This document shows, piece after piece, positions 19,664 to 28,123 of a DNA stretch of 64,000 bases. Each line of letters starts with the position of its first letter. Position 1 is the stretch's first letter. Origin of the DNA: Longimicrobiales bacterium (GTDB taxonomy: Bacteria; Gemmatimonadota; Gemmatimonadetes; Longimicrobiales; Gaopeijiaceae). The position numbers and the translations under genes are program-made. The stretch covers positions 1,632,001-1,696,000 of the forward strand of contig OZ242008.1 of the NCBI GenBank assembly GCA_965204735.1. Reading direction: 5' to 3'. The notes below the pieces were generated by a model. The model saw only the letters and a program-made list of their open reading frames with translations, ran no database searches and was not told where the DNA came from.

Positions 19664-21085
19664 TCACTTGATCAGCAGAATGCGCTCCGCGACTGGGTAG
19701 AGCCATTCGACGCCGCGCTCCGTGACCACCGCGTCGTCCTCGAGGGGGATGCGTACCTTGGCGTTGCCCCACTCCGGGTTGGCCGTGTAGGCGAAGAGCT
19801 CCACCGAGATCAGGGTGCCGGGGCGGAGCTCGTAGCTCTGCCGCGTGGGGTTGAAGAACGCCAGCGACGGACCGATGCCGTGTCCCCAGTTGCCCACCGA
19901 GTGGGGGCCGATCACCACGTCGGTGACCGCCGGATCGTCCGTCGGCTGGTTGAATTCGATTCGGTTGAAGCCAGCCGCTTCGATCGCCGCCCACGTTGCG
20001 TCCAGGGCGGCCTTGGCCGTAGGGGCGGGCTTGATCGAGGCCTTCATGACGTCGCGCACCTCCTTCGCCCTGTCGAATGCGCGCTGAATCCCTGGCGGCG
20101 CCTCGGTCTCGCCGTCCCGCAGGACGTAGGCGATCCGCTTCATGTCGGTGTAGAAGTCGAGAAACCCGACGCCCCAGTCGATCATCAGCAGGTCGCCCCT
20201 TTGGATGATCCGGGCCGACGACGTGGCCTCGATGCCGCCGGGTCCGGTGACGTAGACCGACGGCATGTCGAAGGAAGACTCCAGCCCCCTTTCCAGCAGC
20301 CGGTCCCAGATCCACCACGCCACGTCTTCGAGCGCAGTGACGCCGGGGCGGATCACCTGGTTGGAGAAGGCGCGCTCCGCGATCTCGCGGCTCGTTTCGC
20401 CGGCTTCGGCGAAGGCGGCGATCTCGCTGGCGGTGCGGGTGCTCCGAAAGTCCGAAACGAAGCGCTCGGCGGAAACGAGGCGGTCGCGGTAGGGAGCGCC
20501 CAGCGTTTCCTGCAGGTGCAGGTAGGAAGTGTGGGAAAGGCCGTCGGCCCCGCCTATCGACTTGGCGACATTGACGCCGATCCGCTCGGGGTCGCGCTCG
20601 GCCACGTACTCCCGGAGCGACGCCGCGCCGCCGAAGTGGTCGTAGACGCCGCAACGCTCGAGCATGTAGCCGCCCGCTCCGAGAACGGCGCGCTCGACGC
20701 GGGGTTGGCCTCCGCTCAAGGCAGCGCGCCCGCCGGTTCCACTGCCGTCGCGCGAGGCGTCGGGGCCGTCGGCGCCGCCGGCCGTGAACACCCAGTACGC
20801 CCAGTCGCCCACGTAGCCCCGGCCCAGCGCTTCCCACATGGGGTCGAGGAGCGCTTCCCGCATGACCACGATCCACATCTCCAGATCGTTGTCCGCCATG
20901 GCCTTGGGGAGCACCAAGTCGAACTTCTCGGCGCGGATCTGGCACATCCGCTCCCAGCGACGTCGAGCTTCCTGGCCGTCGAGGGCCGTCGGAGCGGCCG
21001 CCGCGCAGGCCGCCGTCGCCGCCAGCAGAGCCGCTCTCGCAAGCCGCTCCGCCGTTGCGCTCGCCGTTGCGACCGCTCGCCTCAC
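19664..21085 (-). CDS. M24 family (Xaa-Pro aminopeptidase-like) metallopeptidase
   Basis: GDLLMIDWG...YTD, GHGIG, SVE, LEDD pita-bread ligands; GTGA overlap start. Confidence 0.8.
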   Translation of the reverse strand: MRRAVATASATAERLARAALLAATAACAAAAPTALDGQEARRRWERMCQIRAEKFDLVLPKAMADNDLEMWIVVMREALLDPMWEALGRGYVGDWAYWVFTAGGADGPDASRDGSGTGGRAALSGGQPRVERAVLGAGGYMLERCGVYDHFGGAASLREYVAERDPERIGVNVAKSIGGADGLSHTSYLHLQETLGAPYRDRLVSAERFVSDFRSTRTASEIAAFAEAGETSREIAERAFSNQVIRPGVTALEDVAWWIWDRLLERGLESSFDMPSVYVTGPGGIEATSSARIIQRGDLLMIDWGVGFLDFYTDMKRIAYVLRDGETEAPPGIQRAFDRAKEVRDVMKASIKPAPTAKAALDATWAAIEAAGFNRIEFNQPTDDPAVTDVVIGPHSVGNWGHGIGPSLAFFNPTRQSYELRPGTLISVELFAYTANPEWGNAKVRIPLEDDAVVTERGVEWLYPVAERILLIK

Positions 21086-22929
21086 CTGACCGCCACCCAC
21101 GCCGAGCGCGCGACGCCGCCCTTGTCGGACCGGGCCGTCGCCCGGACCGCCCGCTCGGCGCCCGTCGCCCGCACGACCCACGACACCGTGTGCGATCCGG
21201 ACTCGGCGGCCTCCAAGAAAGGATTCGACCCCGCCAAGTGGGGAATCGCGGTTCGGCGAGTTCCCTCCGCCAGCTCGAGCCCGGGATGCTCCAGCACGAC
21301 CGCCGGCGCCCGCACGACGAGGCGGTCCACGGTTCCGTCCGGCCGCTCGCGACCCACGGCGCCCCGGTCGGTCAGGCTCGTCGGCAGGAAGCCGGCGTTG
21401 GTCACCGTGACCTCCACGCGGAACGTCTCGCCCGCGCCCGCGCCTGCACCGCCGGTTTCCCCCACGGCCGTCACGACGGGATCGCTCACTTCCAGCATCG
21501 GGCTCTGCTCGGCCAAGTAGAGGATCCACGGCAGCTGCATCGCCGTCTCCTCCTCCAGGAACTCCGGCGGCGGGTTCTGGCCCCAGAACTTGGAGCGCCA
21601 GCCGCCGATCTCCACGGAGCCCAGCTGCGGGTGGTCGAACGCCGTCCACTCCGAGAAGTACCGCCCGTCCAGCTCCTCGTCGTCGAAGCGGTGCTCCTCG
21701 GCCGGGCTGATCTCGCCGTCGCCGTCGTAGTCGGTCGTCCAAGCCTCGGGCCCCGGCGAGAACTCGGGAACCCATCCGACGATTCCATGGTCCCAGTAGC
21801 CCCAGGAGATGAACGTGCCGTAGCGGTGCTCGGTGGGATGGGTCGCGCTTGGCACGACGGGACGGCCCGTGGTCCGCGTGTACTCCTCGCCCAGGTGCAC
21901 GATCAGCGACAGGTCGATCCGGGGGAAGAGCGACGGCGCAGACGCGGACGGCAGGCGGTACACGAAGCCGCCCGACGTGTGGCCGTGAACGATCCCCGTG
22001 ATGTTCCGGCGCCCGTTGACGAACTCGACGGCGGCACGGGTTTCCGGCTCCGAGAGGGGGTAGTCGCCCGCCCCCGGCTGCAGGTGGACCCGTTCCCAGT
22101 TCCGGGGGAAGTTGCGGTTCATGTCGAGTCCGCCGATCCCGTCCTCGTTGATCCGGCCGTCGCCGTCGTTGTCCACGCCTTCCCGCAGGACCCGAAAGCG
22201 GGGTCCGGCCATTGCCCGGCCCGCATCGCGCACAACGATCCGGTCGTCCTCCGGGTCGGCCGCCCACTCTCCCTCGTCGTCGGGGACGCGCATCTGAGTG
22301 ATCCAGCCGTCGCCGTCCAGGTCCTCGGGCGGGTCCTCGTCGTCGGCGCCGTCCTCGTCCTCGTCCACCGGGCGGGTCGTGCTGCGCAGGAACTGGTCGT
22401 GCACCAGCGCCAAGTCCGATCCGTCCGGGTTGAACTTGGGCCGCACGTAGAAGGCGCGGGCGTCCAGGAGCGCCGTGATCCGGGGGTCGCGACCGTAGCC
22501 GTTCAGCAGGTGGCCCACCAGATGAGTGGCGACGGCCGAGCTCGCGAGCTCGCCGGCGTGAATGCCGCCGTCCACGTACAGGGCGGGCTTATCGGCCGCC
22601 GGCCCGGTGGCCTCGTTCGTGATCTCGATCACCATCAGGGGCCGGCCCCGCCAGCTCTCGCCGACCTTGACCAGCTCCGTGAGCTCCGAGTACAGGGCGT
22701 GGAACTCTCGGAGGATCTGGTCGGTTTCGGCGGCCGTGTAGTAGCGGTTCCAGTCGACTTCGCCCGTGGGCGACACCAAGCTCGACGACTGGGCCGCGAC
22801 GGGCGGCGCCATGGCGGAGAGAGCAGCGCACGCGGCCAGGGCCGGGAAGAGACCACCGGCCGCCGGGCCGCCGGCGGTTGCTCCAGCGCGAGGGGAAAAC
22901 GCAAGGGGGAGTTGAAGCCGGCGATGCAT
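21082..22929 (-). CDS. M14 family zinc carboxypeptidase with DxDxDG calcium-binding-like loops
   Basis: IHAGE (HxxE), NPDG, DMNRNF, SEPET, HGHTSGG; GGAGG SD before ATG 22929. Confidence 0.85.
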   Translation of the reverse strand: MHRRLQLPLAFSPRAGATAGGPAAGGLFPALAACAALSAMAPPVAAQSSSLVSPTGEVDWNRYYTAAETDQILREFHALYSELTELVKVGESWRGRPLMVIEITNEATGPAADKPALYVDGGIHAGELASSAVATHLVGHLLNGYGRDPRITALLDARAFYVRPKFNPDGSDLALVHDQFLRSTTRPVDEDEDGADDEDPPEDLDGDGWITQMRVPDDEGEWAADPEDDRIVVRDAGRAMAGPRFRVLREGVDNDGDGRINEDGIGGLDMNRNFPRNWERVHLQPGAGDYPLSEPETRAAVEFVNGRRNITGIVHGHTSGGFVYRLPSASAPSLFPRIDLSLIVHLGEEYTRTTGRPVVPSATHPTEHRYGTFISWGYWDHGIVGWVPEFSPGPEAWTTDYDGDGEISPAEEHRFDDEELDGRYFSEWTAFDHPQLGSVEIGGWRSKFWGQNPPPEFLEEETAMQLPWILYLAEQSPMLEVSDPVVTAVGETGGAGAGAGETFRVEVTVTNAGFLPTSLTDRGAVGRERPDGTVDRLVVRAPAVVLEHPGLELAEGTRRTAIPHLAGSNPFLEAAESGSHTVSWVVRATGAERAVRATARSDKGGVARSAWVAVR

Positions 22930-22973
22930 GGCGGCGCCTCCAGGGGTTTCGTGCTCGGGAGGCGCTGGCCGCC

Positions 22974-23462
22974 TCATCGGGGATCGGACCAGAAGATCCA
23001 GTAGTCGTCCAGGCTGTCGTCGTCGGTGCCCAGCTCGTTCGGCCCCGGCGGGAGGCCGTTGAGCTGGAGGATGTACGTCAGCGCGTCCGTGACCTGCTCG
23101 CGGCTCAGGCTCCCCGGGTCTCCGTGGGGCATCCGCTCGTAGATCCAGTACCAGAGGCGGAAGATCGACGCCTCTTCCCAACGCTCCAGGAAGGCCGGGT
23201 CGGTCCAGTCGGCCGTCTCGTGGCACTCGGAGCAGATCCGACCGAACACCTGCCGCCCTCGCTGCGCCTGCGCCGTCGTGTACACCCCGTGCAACGTGTT
23301 GGGCTCGGCGATCCGGGGGACGGGGGAGCGGGCGGCGGACGCAGGGGCGGGCGCGGTGTTCGGCTCCGGCGTCGCGGACCGGCAGGACCCGAGGGCCGCC
23401 GCAGCGAGCAGGAACCAGATCGAAGACGAGGGGGATGGGCGAACCAGCTTGATGTAGCTCAT
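22974..23462 (-). CDS. Mono-heme c-type cytochrome lipoprotein
   Basis: Lipobox LGSC, GVYTTAQAQRG...CSECH, distal MP. Confidence 0.8.
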   Translation of the reverse strand: MSYIKLVRPSPSSSIWFLLAAAALGSCRSATPEPNTAPAPASAARSPVPRIAEPNTLHGVYTTAQAQRGRQVFGRICSECHETADWTDPAFLERWEEASIFRLWYWIYERMPHGDPGSLSREQVTDALTYILQLNGLPPGPNELGTDDDSLDDYWIFWSDPR

Positions 23463-23652
23463 GAAGATCGGTAATGTGGAGCGGTGCTGGTCCGACAAGC
23501 AAGCGGACCCGGTCGGCACGCGAGCGGGGCGCGATGCGACCCTGGGCCATGCGACCTGGGCAACGCGATTCCACCCTGGGCGCCGACGGAGGGGGTTGGC
23601 CATGGGCGACAAGAACGACTCGCTGGACGGGCGTTGCGAGTCCGTCGTGCGA

Positions 23653-23688
23653 TCGCAGTCCGTCTCGCGCTCGCAGTCCGTCTCGCGT
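23653..23688. repeat. 18-nt tandem repeat TCGCAGTCCGTCTCGCG(C/T) x2 upstream of the tRNA
   Basis: Read directly; a degenerate third copy precedes it. Confidence 0.75.
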
Positions 23689-23710
23689 TCCATGGGACCC
23701 GTCCCTGTCA

Positions 23711-23785
23711 GGGCGCTTAGCTCAGGTGGTCCAGAGCGCCTGCCTTACAAGCAGGAGGTCGCTGGTTCAAGTCCAGCAGCGCCCA
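23711..23785 (+). tRNA. tRNA-Val (anticodon TAC), CCA not encoded
   Basis: Acceptor GGGCGCT/AGCGCCC, TAGCTCAG D-arm, anticodon stem CCTGC/GCAGG with loop CTTACAA, GGTTCAAGTCC T-arm. Confidence 0.95.
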
Positions 23786-23841
23786 CTCCTTCGACTCCGG
23801 CAGCGCCCGTTCCGGGTTCTCCGGGCGAGGAGCAAGCGACC

Positions 23842-25317
23842 GCGCGTCGTCGACGCCTCGGAGTCGGGGGTGCGGTCGCGGTCGTCTGGTGGCTGGCCGC
23901 GTGCGGCGGAGGCGCCGACGGCCCGTCCCCCGTCTCCGTGGCTCCCCCCGATCCCCCCGACCCGCCGCAGCCGAACCAGCTGCCCACGGCGAGCTTCACG
24001 CTGAGCGTCGCCGACGGACGGGCGCCGCTGGCGGTCAACTTCGACGCCCGCCGTTCGTCCGACCCCGACGGCTCCATCGCGTCCTACGCCTGGACCTTCG
24101 GCGACGGAGGAACGGGCTCCGGCGCCCAGGTGGCCCACACCTTTGACGCCGACGGCCGGCACGAGGTGCGGCTGGTGGTGCAGGACGACCGGGGCGGGCA
24201 GGACTCGGCCGCCGCGACGGTCTTCGTCTCCAGTGCGCCGGGAGACGGCCCGAACGCCATCGAGGGCGTCGTCTGGTTCGACCAGGACGGCGACAGCGTC
24301 CGAGGCCCCGCAGAGCCGGGCCTGGAGCGGTTTGCGGTGTTCCTGGACGACGACGAGGACGGCGAGCGCGACGAAGGCGAGCCGGTCGCGTTCTCGAACG
24401 CCGGCGGCGCCTACTCCTTTCCCGGGCTTGCCGCCGATCGAAGCTACGTGGTGACCCAGTCGCTTCCCTTCGGCTGGACCAACACGGCAGCCGGGCCTCC
24501 GGCGAGCGCGCAGGCCGTCGCCTCGACCCCGCCCGTCGCCGGGATCGTCAACGGCGAGGACGCCGCCATCGAGGTCTTTCCGTTCCAGGTGGCTCTCCGG
24601 TTCAAGGAGTCGGGGTTCCAGTTCTGCGGCGGCACCTTCCTGAACAGCCGCTACGTGCTGACCGCCGCCCACTGCGTCGACGGCGACGTGGTGGCTCGGG
24701 ACGTGGAAGTGCTTGCCGGAACGAGCGACAAAACGAGCGGCGGCGAGCGGCTCGAGGTGTCGGCGATCCGAATACACCCCGACTACTCCGCCACCCTGGA
24801 CGGCGACGTCGCCATCCTCCGCTTGGCGCGCACCGTGCTCTACCCTCGCGTCTACCTCCAGCAGCCCGGCCAGCCGTCGTACTCGACGCCCGGGGACACG
24901 GCCACCGCGATCGGCTGGGGCCAGACCGAACAGGGGCAGAGCGCGAACGTTCTCAAGCGAACCCCTCTGCCCATCATCACCAACGACGACTGCGCCAAGA
25001 TCGCCGGCGCGTTCTTCGAAGGGATCGGCGCGCGAACGATCTGCGCCGGCGCCGAGCGCCTGAACCGGGGCGTGTGCTTCGGCGACAGCGGCGGTCCCCT
25101 TCTCGTGCCCTACCGAGACTCGTGGATGGAGATCGGCGTTGCCAGCTTCCTGGTCAACCGAGACCAGTGCGGCAACATCCCCGGCGCCTTCGCCCGCGTG
25201 TCCGCGCTGTACGACTACATCGTTGCCGTGGCCCGCATCGAGGACTCCCAAGCCCACGCGGTCGAGTGGAGCGGCGACGCGACCCGGGCCCGAGTGGACT
25301 TCGGCAACTTCCACTAG
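23842..25317 (+). CDS. Lipoprotein: PKD domain + SdrD-B-like domain + S1 (trypsin-fold) serine protease; start codon uncertain
   Basis: LAAC lipobox, PKD (FDA..SSDPDG.I.SY.WTFGDG), IVNG, TAAHC, DVAIL, GDSGGP. No canonical start between the tRNA and the lipobox. Confidence 0.8.
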   Translation, partial: ARRRRLGVGGAVAVVWWLAACGGGADGPSPVSVAPPDPPDPPQPNQLPTASFTLSVADGRAPLAVNFDARRSSDPDGSIASYAWTFGDGGTGSGAQVAHTFDADGRHEVRLVVQDDRGGQDSAAATVFVSSAPGDGPNAIEGVVWFDQDGDSVRGPAEPGLERFAVFLDDDEDGERDEGEPVAFSNAGGAYSFPGLAADRSYVVTQSLPFGWTNTAAGPPASAQAVASTPPVAGIVNGEDAAIEVFPFQVALRFKESGFQFCGGTFLNSRYVLTAAHCVDGDVVARDVEVLAGTSDKTSGGERLEVSAIRIHPDYSATLDGDVAILRLARTVLYPRVYLQQPGQPSYSTPGDTATAIGWGQTEQGQSANVLKRTPLPIITNDDCAKIAGAFFEGIGARTICAGAERLNRGVCFGDSGGPLLVPYRDSWMEIGVASFLVNRDQCGNIPGAFARVSALYDYIVAVARIEDSQAHAVEWSGDATRARVDFGNFH

Positions 25318-26369
25318 AGATCCGGGGCCAAGTACGCCCTCAGTCGCCGAAGCTGGCTTTGGTCGCCAAGAACGATCACGGCGTCGCCTGCTTCCAAGAG
25401 CGTGGACGCCCCGGGGTTGAAGACGATCTCGGACGGCTCGGCGTCTCTCCGCTGCACGGCCAGGACGACCAGTCCCGTTTCCCGGGGAATGCGCGCCTCC
25501 TCCAGCGTGAGTCCGGCCGCCTTCGACCCGGGGCTCACCACGGCCTGCTCCAGCCGTCTCCGGGGACTGGAGCCGGGAGTCGCAACGTCCAGGAACGATG
25601 CGACCGCGGGCCGCGCCAGCACCGACGCCACCCAATGGCCCCCCACCACGTTGGGGCTGACCACGTGGTCGGCGCCCGCCCGGCGCATCTTCGCCGTGAC
25701 CGCTTCGCCCTTGGCGCGGACCACCACCACCAAGCCGGGATGGAGGTCGCGGGCCGAAAGGCAGACGAACAGGTTGTCGGTGTCGGAGGAAAGGCACGAG
25801 ACCAGGGCGGTCGCGCTGGCAACCCGAGCCTCTCGAAGCGCTCCGTCCCGGGTGGCGTCGTCGCGTACCACGAGGAGGCGCGGCCACTTCTTGCGGAGCG
25901 ACGCGATGGCGTCTCCGTCCCGCTCCACGAGCACGCATTGGGTGCCGGCTTCTTGGAGCTCGTGAAGGACCTGGTGGCCCATCCGTCCGCCCCCGCAGAC
26001 GATCACGTGGTTCTTGGCGCGGTCAAGTTCTTGCATGGCCTTGCGCTTCTTGTACCTGGCTCCGATGTCCATTTCGACCAGGAAGGCGGTCACCAGGGCG
26101 AACCACATTCCCAGACCCGTCAATCCCCCGGCCACGAGGGCCATCGTCAAGTACTGGCCGGGGCCTCCCGTCGCGAGGGGACGGACCTCGTGGTAGCCCA
26201 CCGCCGTCACCGTGATCGACGTCATGTAGAGGGCGTCCGAGAACGACCAGCCCTCGAAGACCATGTAGCCGCCAGTCCCCACGGCGGTCCACGCGACGCA
26301 GTAGCCCGCGACGAAGAGCGCCCTCGACAACCAGGCGCGGACACCGCCCGCGGCTGTCAAGCCGGCCAC
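25314..26369 (-). CDS. Potassium channel family protein with TrkA-N/TrkA-C (RCK) domains
   Basis: 2TM + pore (DALY...TAVGY), HVIVCGGGRMG Rossmann motif, AGADHVVSP, C-terminal RCK_C. Confidence 0.85.
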   Translation of the reverse strand: MAGLTAAGGVRAWLSRALFVAGYCVAWTAVGTGGYMVFEGWSFSDALYMTSITVTAVGYHEVRPLATGGPGQYLTMALVAGGLTGLGMWFALVTAFLVEMDIGARYKKRKAMQELDRAKNHVIVCGGGRMGHQVLHELQEAGTQCVLVERDGDAIASLRKKWPRLLVVRDDATRDGALREARVASATALVSCLSSDTDNLFVCLSARDLHPGLVVVVRAKGEAVTAKMRRAGADHVVSPNVVGGHWVASVLARPAVASFLDVATPGSSPRRRLEQAVVSPGSKAAGLTLEEARIPRETGLVVLAVQRRDAEPSEIVFNPGASTLLEAGDAVIVLGDQSQLRRLRAYLAPDL

Positions 26370-26378
26370 CGGCGAATC

Positions 26379-27950
26379 CTATCGAACCCGCTCGAAGATC
26401 AGGTCGCGCACCCTTGAACCCGTCACGGCGAACCCCTCCACTCGGCCTTCCCGGTCTCTCGTGAAGCGCACCTCCGGAAACCACCACTGGTCGCCCGAGA
26501 AGACGTCTTCCGCCGTCGGGGACAGTGTCGCAGGGGGGTTGCGCCAATGGCGGGCCGTCAAGCTCCCCGACTCGACGGCCAGCTCGTAGCTGCTGTCCAG
26601 CTCCGGGCTCCGGTACTCGCCTGCGTACTCCTGCAGTCGGGCTTCCGTGAAGAGCGCTTCGTCCGGCTCGTCCCCGGACTCCGCCTCGGGCTCGCCGGGC
26701 GCCGGCGCCGGCTCCATCAGGTCGCCGAGGAACGCCTCCGCCACCTGACGCGCCCGCCCGCCCGCGTCGCAGTCGGAGCGGTTGCAGAACACGGCCACCG
26801 AGAGACGCTGCTCCGGGAAGCGCAAGAAGCTCGTCCGATAGCCCGCCCACGAGCCGCCATGGCCCGCGACGGGCAGCCCCCGGTACTCGCCCACCGTCAG
26901 CCCGTGGGCGTAGGCGATGGTGTCGCCGCCGCTCAGGACGCCGCGTCGCGTCATGGCGCGGACGATTTCCTCGCCTCCGACTTCCCCGGTCTCGTAGTTC
27001 CCCATCCAAAGGAGGAAGTCGTCGATCGTCGTGTGGAGGGAGCTGGAGGCCAGGGCGGTGAGCTGGTCCGGGAGACGCCGGAAGGGACCGCCGCCTTCGT
27101 CCTCGCCGGCGGGACGGTAGGACTCCGCCCGACCCGGGACGACCTCGGTGTAGTCGTCGGAGAAGTGAGAGCGGGTCATCCCCAAGGGGGCGAAGATGCG
27201 GTCGTGGGCGTACTCGCGGAAGGTCGCGCCCGAGGCGGCCTCCACCGTCCGGGCCAGCAGGTTGTACCCGGTGTTCGAGTAGGCGTACTCGGAGCCGGGA
27301 GGGAAGTTCCCCGCGCGCTGGCGGCCCAGCATCCGCAGGATCTTCTCGAAGGAGATCACGTCCGTCATCTCGACGCCGGCCAGCGCCATGACGTGGGGCC
27401 AGTCGCGGATGCCGCTGGTGTGGTGAATCAGGTGCCGAGGCGTGACCGCCGCCGCGAACGCGGGGAGCCCGGGCACATGGGAGCCCACGCCGGCGTCCAG
27501 CTCCAGCTTCCCTTCCGCCTCGAGGAGAAGGGCGGTCATCGCCCCGAACTGCTTGGAGATCGAGGCGATGTCGAAGACGGTCGAGGGGGTGATGGGGACG
27601 CCGTGATCGAGGTGGGCGAGGCCGTAGCCGGCTCGGTGCGCGACGGCGCCGTCCAGGAGCACGCCGACCGCGGCGCCGGGTTCGTCGTCCGCGAAGTCGG
27701 CGAAGATCGCGTCCACCTCGGGCCTCGTGGGTCCGCGCTCGGCGTCGGCCCGGGACGGGTCGCCGGACCGAACGTCGCAGGCCGAGGACGCGAGGGCCAA
27801 GACGATCGCGAGCAGGGAGCCGGCGGCCAGGCCGATCCGGCGCGGCGCGAGGCGGGCGGGCTTGCGCCCTGCTCGGAGCGCGTTCGCCGCCTCGGTCGCA
27901 GCTGGGCTGATCGGGCGGCGCCGAAGGAATGCCGGGGAGAAGGCGGGCAT
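26379..27950 (-). CDS. Serine hydrolase, beta-lactamase/AmpC-like family lipoprotein
   Basis: F.IASISK (SxxK), HTSG, YSN, HGGSW.GY. Confidence 0.85.
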   Translation of the reverse strand: MPAFSPAFLRRRPISPAATEAANALRAGRKPARLAPRRIGLAAGSLLAIVLALASSACDVRSGDPSRADAERGPTRPEVDAIFADFADDEPGAAVGVLLDGAVAHRAGYGLAHLDHGVPITPSTVFDIASISKQFGAMTALLLEAEGKLELDAGVGSHVPGLPAFAAAVTPRHLIHHTSGIRDWPHVMALAGVEMTDVISFEKILRMLGRQRAGNFPPGSEYAYSNTGYNLLARTVEAASGATFREYAHDRIFAPLGMTRSHFSDDYTEVVPGRAESYRPAGEDEGGGPFRRLPDQLTALASSSLHTTIDDFLLWMGNYETGEVGGEEIVRAMTRRGVLSGGDTIAYAHGLTVGEYRGLPVAGHGGSWAGYRTSFLRFPEQRLSVAVFCNRSDCDAGGRARQVAEAFLGDLMEPAPAPGEPEAESGDEPDEALFTEARLQEYAGEYRSPELDSSYELAVESGSLTARHWRNPPATLSPTAEDVFSGDQWWFPEVRFTRDREGRVEGFAVTGSRVRDLIFERVR

Positions 27951-28023
27951 GGGCGGGGACCTCCACGTCGGATGGGAGTTCGGCGCGCCGTGGGCAAGAC
28001 TTCATGGAGCCGCGGGGGCGGGC

Positions 28024-28051
28024 TTGACCCTGGACGGCGAGCCGCTAGGTT
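28024..28051 (+). promoter_or_regulatory. Candidate sigma70-type promoter for the TonB-receptor cluster
   Basis: TTGACC-N16-TAGGTT, about 70 nt upstream of ATG 28124. Confidence 0.35.
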
Positions 28052-28123
28052 TAAGGGCTACCCGCGCTCGCAACCGGGCGCCCTGCCACTCTTCAAGGTA
28101 CTACCCATCAGGAGAACGCAGTA

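Noticed and set aside
15408..20945. Apparent giant ORFs (1845 aa here; also 31688..36586 and 44059..49536) as fusion proteins
   Set aside because: Only the C-terminal parts are protein-like. The Arg/Gly/Pro-rich upstream parts overlap other real genes in a different frame.
16742..21520. 1592-aa plus-strand ORF and many similar long antisense or alternate-frame ORFs (e.g. 46258..50157, 56255..60631, 28583..31045)
   Set aside because: Shadows of real genes in high-GC DNA with few stop codons; no recognisable motifs.
26379..27950. Antibiotic-resistance beta-lactamase
   Set aside because: SxxK/YxN family membership alone does not imply resistance; the HGG motif and C-terminal extension fit peptidase/esterase members.
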